32,000 nucleotides of DNA, taken from assembly GCF_000091665.1 (NCBI RefSeq), contig NC_000909.1, forward strand, positions 1,222,961 to 1,254,960. Reading direction: 5' to 3'. Made by a program: the position numbers and the translations under genes. Shown in pieces: positions 18,163 to 27,691 of the stretch. This DNA is from Methanocaldococcus jannaschii DSM 2661. Lineage in GTDB: Archaea; AGJL01; Methanococci; Methanococcales; Methanocaldococcaceae. Under the pieces are notes generated by a model that ran no database searches, was not told the origin of the DNA, and was given only the letters and a program-made list of their open reading frames with translations. Numbering within the stretch: position 1 is the stretch's first letter; each line of letters opens with the position of its first letter.

Positions 18163-18208
18163 TATAACAAACGAAACTAAAATATACAACCAAACTGAAA
18201 AAGGAAAA

Positions 18209-18904
18209 ATGACAAATAAAACCAGAAAGGAAACAAATGAAATTAAAAATAATATCACCCTACCACCAAATATTAAAACTGAGGTAAATAGAACTAGTAA
18301 ATATGATTTTACAAATCTCTCTAAAGATTTAGAAATAGTATATGCTCTTATAAAAATTACAGGTTTCGATGAATATCTACCATTTAATATTGAAAACTTA
18401 AATAAAATATTCATTAAAGAAAAAATATCGCCCTACCCATATTTGCTAAATTTAATAAAGGATTTAATAATCCTATTCGTTATTGGATTGATTATAACAA
18501 TAATCGGCTTATTAATGTATGAACCAACACGTCCAAAGGTAATATCTATAATTGCATCCATTCTCTATAAATTAAAAATTAAAGAAAAACCTAAACCTAA
18601 GAAAAAAGAAACCATAAAACTACCAAAACCTCCAAAAATCTATATATCTGATGTAATTTATTCATTAGGGGACACAGTAAGAATTGAAATATCTTCTGAG
18701 ATAGATATTGGCAATAATTTGTATATACTATCCCCAACAAATAAAAAATACAAAATAGAATTAATAAAAACTGGAAAAAATAAATACCTTGGATTATTCA
18801 AAATACCAGAGAATGAAGTTCCAGGGCAATATTTCATTATATATAAACCAGAAAACTTATCAATTGGAGGGTTTTTAGTAGTAGATATTAAAAAGGAGAT
18901 GTAA
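18209..18904 (+). CDS. Membrane protein with a central TM helix and a C-terminal small beta-sandwich domain.
   Basis: It has the TM segment LIILFVIGLIITIIGLLMY, then a lysine/proline-rich spacer KIKEKPKPKKKETIKLPKPPK, then ISDVIYSLGDTVRIEISS...VPGQYFIIYKPENL. A T7 run at 18914..18920 follows the stop. Confidence 0.55.
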   Translation: MTNKTRKETNEIKNNITLPPNIKTEVNRTSKYDFTNLSKDLEIVYALIKITGFDEYLPFNIENLNKIFIKEKISPYPYLLNLIKDLIILFVIGLIITIIGLLMYEPTRPKVISIIASILYKLKIKEKPKPKKKETIKLPKPPKIYISDVIYSLGDTVRIEISSEIDIGNNLYILSPTNKKYKIELIKTGKNKYLGLFKIPENEVPGQYFIIYKPENLSIGGFLVVDIKKEM

Positions 18905-19011
18905 TTTATTCTATTTTTTTCAAATCAATAAAATTTATTGAAGAAGGTTTGAACACCTCCAAAGGAAGGCGTTTATTAGTGCGTTAGTTATCTAAGAAGT
19001 TTGAAAGACAC

Positions 19012-19869
19012 TTATAATTTAGCATCCAATTTTATTCTTTTAATTGCCCTTCTATCTGCCCAGCATTGAATACAAATTCCTACAGGTAAAGAAGCTGTAT
19101 GGCATCCAGCAATCTCAATAAAAACATCTAAAGCAGTTATATCCCCTCCTAAACCCATTGCTCCAATTCCTAAGCTATTTATTTTTTCTAACAACTCTTT
19201 TTCAAGATTAGCTATTTCTTTATCCCTATGTCTCTCTCCTATTTTTCTTAGCAGTGCTTTTTTAGCTAATTTTAATGCTACATCAGCAGTTCCCCCAATG
19301 CCTATTCCAACAACTATTGGAGGACATGGCTTTCCTCCAGCATTTGCAATTGTTTCTAAAACAAAGTTTTTTATCCCCTCTATTCCATCAGAGGGCTTTA
19401 ACATCTTTAAAGCACTCATGTTTTCGCTTCCTGCCCCTTTTGGAAATGCAATTATCTCAATCTCTCTATCTAAGCTTTCATCAAACTCAATATTTATGAA
19501 TGGGGAATTTAAGCCAACATTTGTTTTAAAATTCTCTCTTGTTAAAGGATGAACTACATTAGGTCTTAAAGGAACCTCTTCCGTTGCTTTTTTTACTCCT
19601 TCTTTTATTTCTTCAATGATTTTCATTATTTCTGATGAATTTATATTCTTTCCAATTTTCAAAAATACTATTGGGACACCAGTATCTTGACATAGAGGAA
19701 CTTGCGTTTCTTCAGCTATTTTGTTATTTTCTATGATTGCTTTTAATGTGTTTTTTGATATTTCACTACTTTCTTTTTTATATGCTTCTTCTAAAGCATT
19801 TTTTACATCTTCTGGTAGATAAATAGCTGCCTCTCTAAATAATTCAACAACAACATCGGAGATTTTCAT
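19012..19869 (-). CDS. fumA: Class I (Fe-S) fumarate hydratase alpha subunit / tartrate dehydratase alpha-type subunit.
   Basis: 285 aa carrying the family motifs PLCQDTGVPIVFLKIG and GGKPCPPIVVGIGIGGTAD, plus the C-terminal Cys pair (CHTASLPVGICIQC). Confidence 0.85.
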   Translation of the reverse strand: MKISDVVVELFREAAIYLPEDVKNALEEAYKKESSEISKNTLKAIIENNKIAEETQVPLCQDTGVPIVFLKIGKNINSSEIMKIIEEIKEGVKKATEEVPLRPNVVHPLTRENFKTNVGLNSPFINIEFDESLDREIEIIAFPKGAGSENMSALKMLKPSDGIEGIKNFVLETIANAGGKPCPPIVVGIGIGGTADVALKLAKKALLRKIGERHRDKEIANLEKELLEKINSLGIGAMGLGGDITALDVFIEIAGCHTASLPVGICIQCWADRRAIKRIKLDAKL

Positions 19870-19878
19870 TCTTTCACC

Positions 19879-20535
19879 TCAAATTCTCTTTAAAAGCTCC
19901 TTTGGATAATGCAATAAAGTATTTTCCAACTCTTTATTGGTTAATCCTGCCCCTAAACCAACCTTTTTTGCAAACTCATCATCTATTAAATCCTCTGGAG
20001 CATGGGTGTCAGTATTTATCAAAGTTTTTAATCCAAACTCCCTTGCTATATTAGCCACATAGCCGTTAGTTATGTTATGTCCTCTCCTTGAAGTTATCTC
20101 AACAAATATATCATTCTCCTTCAAATTTTCAGCAGTTTCTTTATCAATAAAGCCAGGATGGGCTAAGATATCAACATCCTCAGATATTGAGGCATAGTAA
20201 TTAGTTTTTTCCTCAACTGGCTCAACTACCGTCTCCCCATGAACAACGACAATCTCAGCCCCTAAGTCTTTAGCTTTTTTAGCCATCTTTGGTATAGATT
20301 TTGGTGGGATGTGGGTTAGCTCAACACCAACAATAACTATGATATCATCCCAGTATTTTTTTAGCTCTTCCTTAGCGATTGTTGTTTTTTCTATAAGCTC
20401 TTTGTAGTTACTAAAATCAGCATGGTCTGTTATAGCTATAGCCCTATGTTTTAAGACCCTTGCCCTTCTAACTAATTCAGCAGGAATTAGCTCTCCATCA
20501 CTAAAAACCGTATGCGTATGAAAATCAAATCTCAA
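19879..20535 (-). CDS. PHP-domain metal-dependent phosphoesterase.
   Basis: It has the N-terminal MRFDFHTHTVFSDGEL (HxH motif), then ITDHADF, VVHGE and NTDTHAPEDL, the typical PHP metal ligands. Confidence 0.8.
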   Translation of the reverse strand: MRFDFHTHTVFSDGELIPAELVRRARVLKHRAIAITDHADFSNYKELIEKTTIAKEELKKYWDDIIVIVGVELTHIPPKSIPKMAKKAKDLGAEIVVVHGETVVEPVEEKTNYYASISEDVDILAHPGFIDKETAENLKENDIFVEITSRRGHNITNGYVANIAREFGLKTLINTDTHAPEDLIDDEFAKKVGLGAGLTNKELENTLLHYPKELLKRI

Positions 20536-20549
20536 AATATCACCTCATT

Positions 20550-21617
20550 TTATAAACTGTGGAAATCAGCAATCATCTTTAAATCATCCTCTAAACATCT
20601 TCCCTTTGTAGTTAAATAATTCCCAACCATTAATCCGTCTAAGACCATTAAGGCATAAGATTGGAAGTCTCTTAAGTTGTATATTCTCCCACCAGCCAAT
20701 CTAATCTCTGCATAAGGCATAATTATTTTATATAACGCTATCAATTTCAAAGCATCTGAGACACTTATTGGCTTAATCTCTCCATTTTTTATTTTTTCAT
20801 AAGCTTTAGTTCCTTCAATTGGATGTAAAATATTTATTGGAACGCTATCAACCCCTAACTCTTTAAGTTCAAAAGCCATCTTTATTCTCTCCTCTACGCT
20901 CTCTCCAAGTCCAAATATTCCACCACTACAAACCTCTAAGTCAAGTTTTTTTGCCTCTTTTATAACTTTTACTTTATCTTCATAGCTATGAGTTGAACAG
21001 ATATTTTTAAAGTAGTTTTTTGATGCCTCTAAGTTATTGTGAATCCTAACGTCCAATTTTTTTAGTTCTTTTAATTTTTCTCTATCCAATAAACCCAAAG
21101 AACAGCACACTTTTAAATTTGTTTCTTCCTTTATAAGCTCTATAGCTTCAACAATTTCAATGAATTCATCATCATTAATTTTTTTGCCACTTGTTACTAT
21201 ACTGAATCTCTCTACCCATAGGGGAAACCCCCTATTGGGATACCCCACGTCCATTAAGTTGGGGCTTTCAGCCCCAATTAATGTCCCACGTTCTATGGAT
21301 GAGGAAATTTTAGAACATTCATCGATGATTTTTTTAGCATACTCTAAAATCTCCTTTTTAGATTTTAATGGATATATTGGGATGTTGCATTTACTATAAA
21401 TTGATTGAGAGCAGAAAATACAATCCTCTTTGCATTTTCCACTTTTTGCATTTATTATAGCACATAATTTAATTTTGCTATTATTTTTTATCCTATTTTT
21501 TATTTTAAAAGCCAAATATAACAAATCTATAGCACTGAAGTTATTATATAAATAGAGGGCATCATCAAAATCTATTTTGTTCTTTAGAGATTTTTTTAAA
21601 AAAGTTTCAATCTCCAT
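20550..21617 (-). CDS. bioB: Biotin synthase (radical SAM) carrying a ~30-35 codon in-frame insertion.
   Basis: It has the CKEDCIFCSQS CxxxCxxC motif, FSIVTSGKK and GLMVGNYLTTKG. The start is re-placed at ATG 21617 (MEIETFL) behind GGTGAT plus 4 nt. The segment SSSIERGTLIGAESPNLMDVGYPNRGFPLWVE sits between the AKK... helix and the conserved (R)FSIVTSG strand, where I recall BioB proteins as contiguous. Confidence 0.9.
   Translation of the reverse strand: MEIETFLKKSLKNKIDFDDALYLYNNFSAIDLLYLAFKIKNRIKNNSKIKLCAIINAKSGKCKEDCIFCSQSIYSKCNIPIYPLKSKKEILEYAKKIIDECSKISSSIERGTLIGAESPNLMDVGYPNRGFPLWVERFSIVTSGKKINDDEFIEIVEAIELIKEETNLKVCCSLGLLDREKLKELKKLDVRIHNNLEASKNYFKNICSTHSYEDKVKVIKEAKKLDLEVCSGGIFGLGESVEERIKMAFELKELGVDSVPINILHPIEGTKAYEKIKNGEIKPISVSDALKLIALYKIIMPYAEIRLAGGRIYNLRDFQSYALMVLDGLMVGNYLTTKGRCLEDDLKMIADFHSL
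21205..21300 (-). repeat. GC-rich two-hairpin element embedded in frame in bioB (modules X and Y).
   Basis: Hairpin X spans 21215..21239 (CCCATAGGGG AAA CCCCCTATTGGG). Hairpin Y spans 21252..21283 (CATTAAGTTGGGGCT TTC AGCCCCAATTAATG). ACGTGGG direct repeats flank Y. GC content is far above the surrounding coding sequence. Confidence 0.7.
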
Positions 21618-21676
21618 AAAAATCACCCTATATACAATAAATAAACATTAACTTTTAAAATTTATTGGTGATTGTT
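21618..21676. promoter_or_regulatory. Compact divergent bioB / bioW promoter region with mirror-image SD sites.
   Basis: 59 bp lie between the two start codons. GGTGAT SD motifs occur on both strands (21622..21627 and 21667..21672). TATA-like CCTATATACAATAAA and TTTTAAAATTTA lie between them, each about 25-45 nt from the opposite-side start. Confidence 0.4.
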
Positions 21677-22378
21677 ATGTATAGTATAAAGATGAGGGCA
21701 TCGAAGAATGGAAAACACATCTCTGGAGCTGAGAGAATTGTAAATAAAGATGAGATTGAAGAGACTGTTAAGGAGCTTGTAAGAAGGGCTTTAACTCATG
21801 AAAATGGAACTCCAGACTTTATAAATATAAAGATTGAAGAGATTAAAGAAGAGATAACATACATTAACCACTTGCCAATAAAAACAATACACTGTAAAGA
21901 TAAAGAAGAGGCAAGAGAAACGGCAAAGAAAATATTAAGAAATGAAGGCATCCCAGATAGCGTTATAGATTATGCTTATGAGATTATTGATAAAGGGGGA
22001 ATGAGAGGAGCAGCAATTTTAAATTTAAAGGGAGAGAGGTTAGAGCCAGATAAGGAGAGAGGAGTTAGAGTTAAAAACATAGATACAACAAAGGAATTGA
22101 AAGAGAAGATTTTAAAAGAAAATTTAGGGACAGAAAGAACTGTCGATGCCATTGCCATAGCATCTAAGGTTATTCATTTGGGAGTTATTGCAGAACTCTG
22201 CACATCGGATAATAAAAGCTACACAACTGGCTATGTAGCAACTAAAAAGGGATACTTTAGAATTACAAATTTAAAAAAAGAGGGAGAAAGTGGAGGAAGG
22301 GTATTTTTTGTTAAAGATGATGTTGATATAGAGGATTTAATCAACAAATTAGAAAACAAACCATTTATTATAAAATAA
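21677..22378 (+). CDS. bioW: 6-carboxyhexanoate-CoA ligase (pimeloyl-CoA synthetase).
   Basis: [22 protein letters not shown] is the characteristic BioW N-terminus (RMRA...HISGAER). The start is re-placed at ATG 21677 behind GGTGAT. It is located in the bio cluster. Confidence 0.85.
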   Translation: MYSIKMRASKNGKHISGAERIVNKDEIEETVKELVRRALTHENGTPDFINIKIEEIKEEITYINHLPIKTIHCKDKEEARETAKKILRNEGIPDSVIDYAYEIIDKGGMRGAAILNLKGERLEPDKERGVRVKNIDTTKELKEKILKENLGTERTVDAIAIASKVIHLGVIAELCTSDNKSYTTGYVATKKGYFRITNLKKEGESGGRVFFVKDDVDIEDLINKLENKPFIIK

Positions 22379-22390
22379 AAAGGGATTTTT

Positions 22391-23509
22391 ATGTTTAGGG
22401 AGAAATTAAGAAGAGAGATTGAAATTATAAAGAACAACGGATTATATAGATTTTTAAGGAAAAAAGATGATGGAGTTTTAGATTTCTCTTCAAATGATTA
22501 TCTATGCCTATCAAAGCATCCAGAGGTTATTGAAGCAGTTAAAGAAGGGCTAAAATATGGGGCTGGTTCAACCGGCTCAAGATTAACTTCTGGAAATATA
22601 AACCATCAAAGATTGGAGGAGAAGATAGCTGAATTTAAAGAGACGGAGAGGACTTTAGTTTATTCATCCGGCTATGCAACGAATGTTGGAGTTATCTCTG
22701 CATTGTGCAAAAAAGGAGATTTAATTTTGAGTGATAAGCTTAATCATGCCTCTATCATTGATGGTTGCAAGTTGAGTAAAGCAGATGTTTTAATTTACAA
22801 TCATTGCGATGTTGAGCATTTAACCAACTTAATTGAAGAGAATTGGGGGAAATATAACAACCTCTTTATTGTAACTGATGGAGTTTTTAGTATGGATGGG
22901 GATATAGCTCCTTTGAGGGATTTAAAGAAGATAGCTGATGAATTTAATGCCATTTTAATTATTGATGACGCACACGGCACTGGAGTTTTAGGAGATGGGA
23001 GAGGAACATTAAAGCACTTTAATTTAAAACCTTCTGACAACATAGTGCAAATTGGAACTTTATCTAAAGCAATTGGTGGTTTAGGAGGCTTTGTCTGTGG
23101 AATTGAGGAGGTTGTAGAGTATTTAATAAACACTTCGAGGAGTTTTATATTCTCAACTGCTCTACCTCCTCATGTAGTTGAGGGTTGCATTAAGGCCTTT
23201 GAGATTATTGAAAAAACAGATATAGTTAAAAAGCTTCAAAAAAACATAAAAATAGCAAATAAAGTTTTTAAAAAATATGAATTTATTAAAGAAGATAACT
23301 TAACTCCAATCTATCCATTTATTTTTAAAGAAAAAACCATGGAAATAGCAGAACATTTAATAAAAAATAATATCTTTTGTGTAGGAATTAGATATCCAAC
23401 TGTTCCTAAGGGATTGGAGAGGATAAGGGTTAGCATAAATGTTGGGCATGAAAAAGAGGATTTTGAACTGTTGTGTGAGAGGATTAAAGAGGTTTATAGT
23501 AGTGACTGA
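22391..23509 (+). CDS. bioF: 8-amino-7-oxononanoate synthase (PLP-dependent).
   Basis: It has FSSNDYLCLS, DDAHGTGVLG and the PLP-lysine motif GTLSKAIGGLGGF. 372 aa, located in the bio cluster. Confidence 0.9.
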   Translation: MFREKLRREIEIIKNNGLYRFLRKKDDGVLDFSSNDYLCLSKHPEVIEAVKEGLKYGAGSTGSRLTSGNINHQRLEEKIAEFKETERTLVYSSGYATNVGVISALCKKGDLILSDKLNHASIIDGCKLSKADVLIYNHCDVEHLTNLIEENWGKYNNLFIVTDGVFSMDGDIAPLRDLKKIADEFNAILIIDDAHGTGVLGDGRGTLKHFNLKPSDNIVQIGTLSKAIGGLGGFVCGIEEVVEYLINTSRSFIFSTALPPHVVEGCIKAFEIIEKTDIVKKLQKNIKIANKVFKKYEFIKEDNLTPIYPFIFKEKTMEIAEHLIKNNIFCVGIRYPTVPKGLERIRVSINVGHEKEDFELLCERIKEVYSSD

Positions 23510-23525
23510 TATTTCTCTTTTTTAG

Positions 23526-24299
<774 letters not shown>

Positions 24300-24304
24300 A
24301 TAAA

Positions 24305-25690
24305 ATGAACATTGATAAAAATTTACTTGAAAAATGGGATAAAGAATATATTTGGCATCCATACACACAGATGAAAGAATATAGAGAATCAAAAAACTTG
24401 ATTATTGAGAGAGGAGAGGGCAATTATTTAATTGACATTTATGGAAATAAGTATTTGGATGCTGTTTCATCTATATGGTGTAATCTATTTGGACATAGTA
24501 GAAAGGAGATAATTGAAGCAATAAAAAATCAAGCTGATAAAATCTGCCATTCAACACTTTTAGGCTGTGGAAACGTCCCATCAATTTTATTGGCAAAAAA
24601 ATTGGTGGATATAACTCCAAAGCATTTAACAAAGGTATTTTACTCTGAAGATGGAGCAGAGGCAGTTGAAATAGCAATTAAAATGGCTTATCAATATTAT
24701 GTTTTAAGAGGAGATAAGGGAAGAACTAAATTTATTTCAGTTAAAGAAGGCTATCATGGGGACACTGTTGGAGCAATGAGTGTTGGGGGGAGTGAATTAT
24801 TCCATGGGGTTTTTAAGCCTTTATTGTTTAAAGGCTATCATGCAAATCCTCCTTACTGCTACAGATGCAAATACCACAACTTTAAAGATACTGATGAGAG
24901 AAATGAAAAAGGTTGTGAAATGGAATGTTTAAATGAGATGATTAGTTTAATTGAAAAACATGCTGAGGAAGTATTTTGTGTTATCCTTGAAGGAGGAATT
25001 ATGGGTTCTGCTGGAATGATTCCATATCCAGATGGATATATTGAAGGAGTTGCAAAGGCATGTAAGGAGAATGATGTAATCTTTATCCTCGATGAGGTAG
25101 CTACTGGATTTGGAAGAACTGGGAAGATGTTTTTCTGTGATAATGAAGAGCTAAAAAAGTTGGAGAAGCCAGATATCCTTTGTCTTGGAAAGGGATTAAC
25201 TGGAGGCTATTTGCCATTAGCGGCAACTCTAACAACTGATGAAATCTATAACCAATTCTTAGGAGAGTTTGGAGAGAGTAAGCAACTCTATCATGGTCAT
25301 ACATACACTGGAAACCAACTTCTATGCTCTGCTGCATTAGCAACATTAGAGATTTTTGAGAAGGAGAATGTGATAGAGAATATCCAACCAAAAATAAAGC
25401 TCTTCCATAAAGAATTAAGGAAATTAAAGGAACTTGAGCATGTTGGAGATGTTAGAGGAAGGGGTTTTATGGTCGGAATAGAGCTTGTAAAAGATAAAGA
25501 GACTAAAGAACCCTACCCTTACGGTTATAAAGCTGGCTACAGAGTTGCTGAAAAGCTGTTAGAAAAAGGTATCTACATGAGACCAATTGGTAATGTTATT
25601 ATCTTAGTCCCACCATTGTCAATAACTGAGAAAGAGATTATTTATCTATGCGATGCGTTGTATGAAGCTATAAAGGAAGCTGACCTGTAA
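24305..25690 (+). CDS. bioA: Adenosylmethionine-8-amino-7-oxononanoate aminotransferase (class III aminotransferase).
   Basis: It has HGHSRKEI, YHGDT, DEVATGFGRTGKMF and the LGKGLTGGYLPL PLP-Lys region. The ATG at 24305 follows a GAGGTGA SD that overlaps the bioD stop. Confidence 0.9.
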   Translation: MNIDKNLLEKWDKEYIWHPYTQMKEYRESKNLIIERGEGNYLIDIYGNKYLDAVSSIWCNLFGHSRKEIIEAIKNQADKICHSTLLGCGNVPSILLAKKLVDITPKHLTKVFYSEDGAEAVEIAIKMAYQYYVLRGDKGRTKFISVKEGYHGDTVGAMSVGGSELFHGVFKPLLFKGYHANPPYCYRCKYHNFKDTDERNEKGCEMECLNEMISLIEKHAEEVFCVILEGGIMGSAGMIPYPDGYIEGVAKACKENDVIFILDEVATGFGRTGKMFFCDNEELKKLEKPDILCLGKGLTGGYLPLAATLTTDEIYNQFLGEFGESKQLYHGHTYTGNQLLCSAALATLEIFEKENVIENIQPKIKLFHKELRKLKELEHVGDVRGRGFMVGIELVKDKETKEPYPYGYKAGYRVAEKLLEKGIYMRPIGNVIILVPPLSITEKEIIYLCDALYEAIKEADL

Positions 25691-25869
25691 TAATGGACAT
25701 TAATTAGGGCTGAAAGCCCTAACTTATAACCAATTATCAAAGCTAAATTATCTAATTAAGGAATATTTAGAAGCCCAAAGGGCTTCTATAAGTGCCTTAT
25801 TTAATTATAAAACTTTGATAATTGGTTAAATGGACGAGTTTTAATGAAACTTTTTCTAAAAGTTTCGAG
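25691..25869 (+). repeat. Composite hairpin element starting immediately after the bioA stop codon: module Y interrupted by a ~100-nt palindromic module, followed by a 9-bp-stem hairpin.
   Basis: Module Y spans 25701..25726 (TTAATTAGGGCT GAA AGCCCTAACTTA). The inner module has perfect 16-bp terminal inverted repeats, TAACCAATTATCAAAG at 25727..25742 and CTTTGATAATTGGTTA at 25813..25828. Its central hairpin TAGAAGCCC AAA GGGCTTCTA spans 25768..25788. GAAACTTTT TCT AAAAGTTTC lies at 25846..25866. Confidence 0.7.
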
Positions 25870-25923
25870 GAGATTATTTATCTATATGATTCCTTATATG
25901 ATGCTATAAAGGAAGCCGACTAG
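25870..25923 (+). other. Orphan duplicate of the last 17 codons of bioA.
   Basis: GAGATTATTTATCTATATGATTCCTTATATGATGCTATAAAGGAAGCCGACTAG (EIIYLYDSLYDAIKEAD*) compares with bioA 25634..25690 (EIIYLCDALYEAIKEADL*). By my alignment 44 of 51 nt are identical. Confidence 0.75.
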
Positions 25924-25952
25924 TAAATAATGAATAGTTATTTTCTATTATT

Positions 25953-27134
25953 TTATAACACCTTCTTTATAGCATTCCAAACTAAAAAACTCTGAGGCTT
26001 TAAAATCCCTTCTATTGGATTTAAGAATAAGATATTTCTTTTAATTAAAAACTCTCTAATTTTTTTAGGTATTTTTATATCCTCTATTTCATAATCTTCT
26101 TTAAATAATTTTAATGCATCAACAACTTTTTTATAAAGTTCCTCATCTTCTTCTTTAACATCCTCTAAGAAATATTTTAACTTTTGAGTAGCATCCTTAA
26201 GCATAAAATCTAAAATATCGTTTAAATTTTCATATCTCAACTTATCAATAACTTTTATTATTAAAACTGGTTTTCCCCCTACATAATTATAGATTAACTC
26301 TTTATCTTCATTAGTTAAGCTCATGTTATTCTCTTTAGCCAAAAAATCCATAAATTTTAAGGCAGTTTCCTTATCAAAATCATCCACTAAGATATATTCA
26401 CCTCGCATAGAGGCAAAGCCTCTATTGCTATACTCCAGAGCGGGGTTGCCAAAGGCAACCCCACTTTCTATCTGGGGGAGTATACCAATAGAGGGGGCGT
26501 AGCCCCCTCTATGGTCATCCACCAAAATATAATCAACTCTATCCTCCAACATTGCTTCATTATAAACTCTCTCTATGAATAAGCTATCTGAACTTAGGCA
26601 GAAAACGTGGCATAGGTGTTTATGCTTGGTTAGAGATACAAAGTAATTAAATAGCTCATAGATTAAGAATCCATTAATTTTCATGTCTCCAATCTTTTGA
26701 AGTTCATCAATAATAATTATTGGTTGCTTTCCTTCTCTTTTAATGTCCATTAAAACATTGGTTATATATCTAAAAACATTTTTAGTTGTTTTCTTTTTAA
26801 AAATCTCGTTTAGAGTATTTTTTGGTATGGGAATGCCATACAATGAAGGTAAGTCATTGATAATTGCCTTAATTACTTCTATAGGGCTTTTATCTCCTTC
26901 ATATTCCTCAAACAAAACTTCAATGAAATCATCGTATTTAGAGATAAAAATCTCCCTCAAATCAAAATAAAACACAATGTATTTATTTTTATCTAATCTA
27001 TTGTTAATAATCTCATTTATTAAGGCAGTTTTTCCACTATTTATGGAGCCATAGATGAAATAAATCAAATTTGGTTCTCCTTCTATAATAGATAAGATTT
27101 TATGAATTTCTTTCTCTCTATTGAAGAATTTCAT
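25953..27134 (-). CDS. Archaeal ATPase family protein (PF01637-like AAA/STAND-type NTPase) carrying a 45-codon in-frame insertion.
   Basis: [10 protein letters not shown]...[16 protein letters not shown] is Walker A and [10 protein letters not shown] is Walker B. The start is re-placed at ATG 27134 behind GGTGAT plus 4 nt. The inserted segment is [45 protein letters not shown]. Confidence 0.8.
   Translation of the reverse strand: MKFFNREKEIHKILSIIEGEPNLIYFIYGSINSGKTALINEIINNRLDKNKYIVFYFDLREIFISKYDDFIEVLFEEYEGDKSPIEVIKAIINDLPSLYGIPIPKNTLNEIFKKKTTKNVFRYITNVLMDIKREGKQPIIIIDELQKIGDMKINGFLIYELFNYFVSLTKHKHLCHVFCLSSDSLFIERVYNEAMLEDRVDYILVDDHRGGYAPSIGILPQIESGVAFGNPALEYSNRGFASMRGEYILVDDFDKETALKFMDFLAKENNMSLTNEDKELIYNYVGGKPVLIIKVIDKLRYENLNDILDFMLKDATQKLKYFLEDVKEEDEELYKKVVDALKLFKEDYEIEDIKIPKKIREFLIKRNILFLNPIEGILKPQSFLVWNAIKKVL
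26403..26513 (-). repeat. GC-rich three-hairpin element embedded in frame in the ATPase gene.
   Basis: The hairpins span 26405..26428 (GCATAGAGGC AAA GCCTCTATTGC), 26430..26483 (ATACTCC...GGGGTTGCC AAA GGCAACCCC...GGGGGAGTAT) and 26485..26514 (CCAATAGAGGGGGC GTA GCCCCCTCTATGG). Imperfect 24-bp direct repeats flank it at 26379..26402 and 26514..26537. Confidence 0.75.
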
Positions 27135-27180
27135 AAAAATCACCAAAATTCCCATTATAAAATGAGAATATATAGTAAAT

Positions 27181-27687
27181 TTAATCCTTAATAATTCTCC
27201 TCAAATTAATTGATAACAATGAGCTAATCTTATTAATTTGCTCCTCAGAAATCTCAATTTTTTTCTGTAACAATTTTGATATATCAATCTCTATATATTC
27301 TTCACCAACATCTCTTGGATGTATTGGAGATATTTCATTAAACACAGAAAAAACTGGGCAGAAGTCATGGCAATATAGGCAATATACACATTTTTCTGGA
27401 TTAATTTTTGGTATTTTATCTTTAACATAGTTATCTGTTATTTTAACGGGCTCAATTGGAATCATCTCAATTGCCTTAGTTGGGCAGACGTTGGCACATC
27501 CCTCACAACCAATGCAGAGTTCTTCAATAACGGTTTTTGGAATCTTAACAGTTCCAGTTAGTATAGCGTTTCTCATCTCTAAGCTTGTGTATCTTCCAGA
27601 CCCAAAGATAATTCTCTCCAAATTTTCATATATCCCGGTTAAAAATATCTTGGCAAAGTTCTTTAGTTCAGCCAACTCAATCACCAA
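27181..27687 (-). CDS. 2x[4Fe-4S] ferredoxin-domain protein.
   Basis: It has two CxxCxxCxxxCP motifs ([12 protein letters not shown] and [12 protein letters not shown]) and lies directly downstream of the polyferredoxin. The start is uncertain: GTG at 27687, or the in-frame TTG at 27678 behind GGTGAT plus 4 nt. Confidence 0.8.
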   Translation of the reverse strand: MVIELAELKNFAKIFLTGIYENLERIIFGSGRYTSLEMRNAILTGTVKIPKTVIEELCIGCEGCANVCPTKAIEMIPIEPVKITDNYVKDKIPKINPEKCVYCLYCHDFCPVFSVFNEISPIHPRDVGEEYIEIDISKLLQKKIEISEEQINKISSLLSINLRRIIKD

Positions 27688-27691
27688 AATT

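Noticed and set aside
18109-18414. A 101-aa minus-strand hydrophobic ORF overlapping 18209..18904.
   Set aside because: It is antisense to a longer ORF with better coding features. Its hydrophobicity comes from translating the complement of K/E/N-rich codons. No SD.
18952-18973. A small AAA-loop hairpin (AACACCTCC AAA GGAAGGCGTT) between the convergent genes, considered as a mini copy of module X or a terminator.
   Set aside because: The stem is imperfect (two mismatches or bulges in 9-10 bp) and it lacks the CAATAG/CTATG flanks. The nearby T7 run is a simpler explanation for termination.
21205-21300. Whether the in-frame inserts in bioB and in the ATPase gene (26403..26513) are mini-inteins.
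   Set aside because: They are only ~30-45 residues long. They have no Cys/Ser/Thr at the N-junction, no His-Asn plus Cys/Ser/Thr at the C-junction and no intein blocks. The DNA is palindromic repeat sequence.
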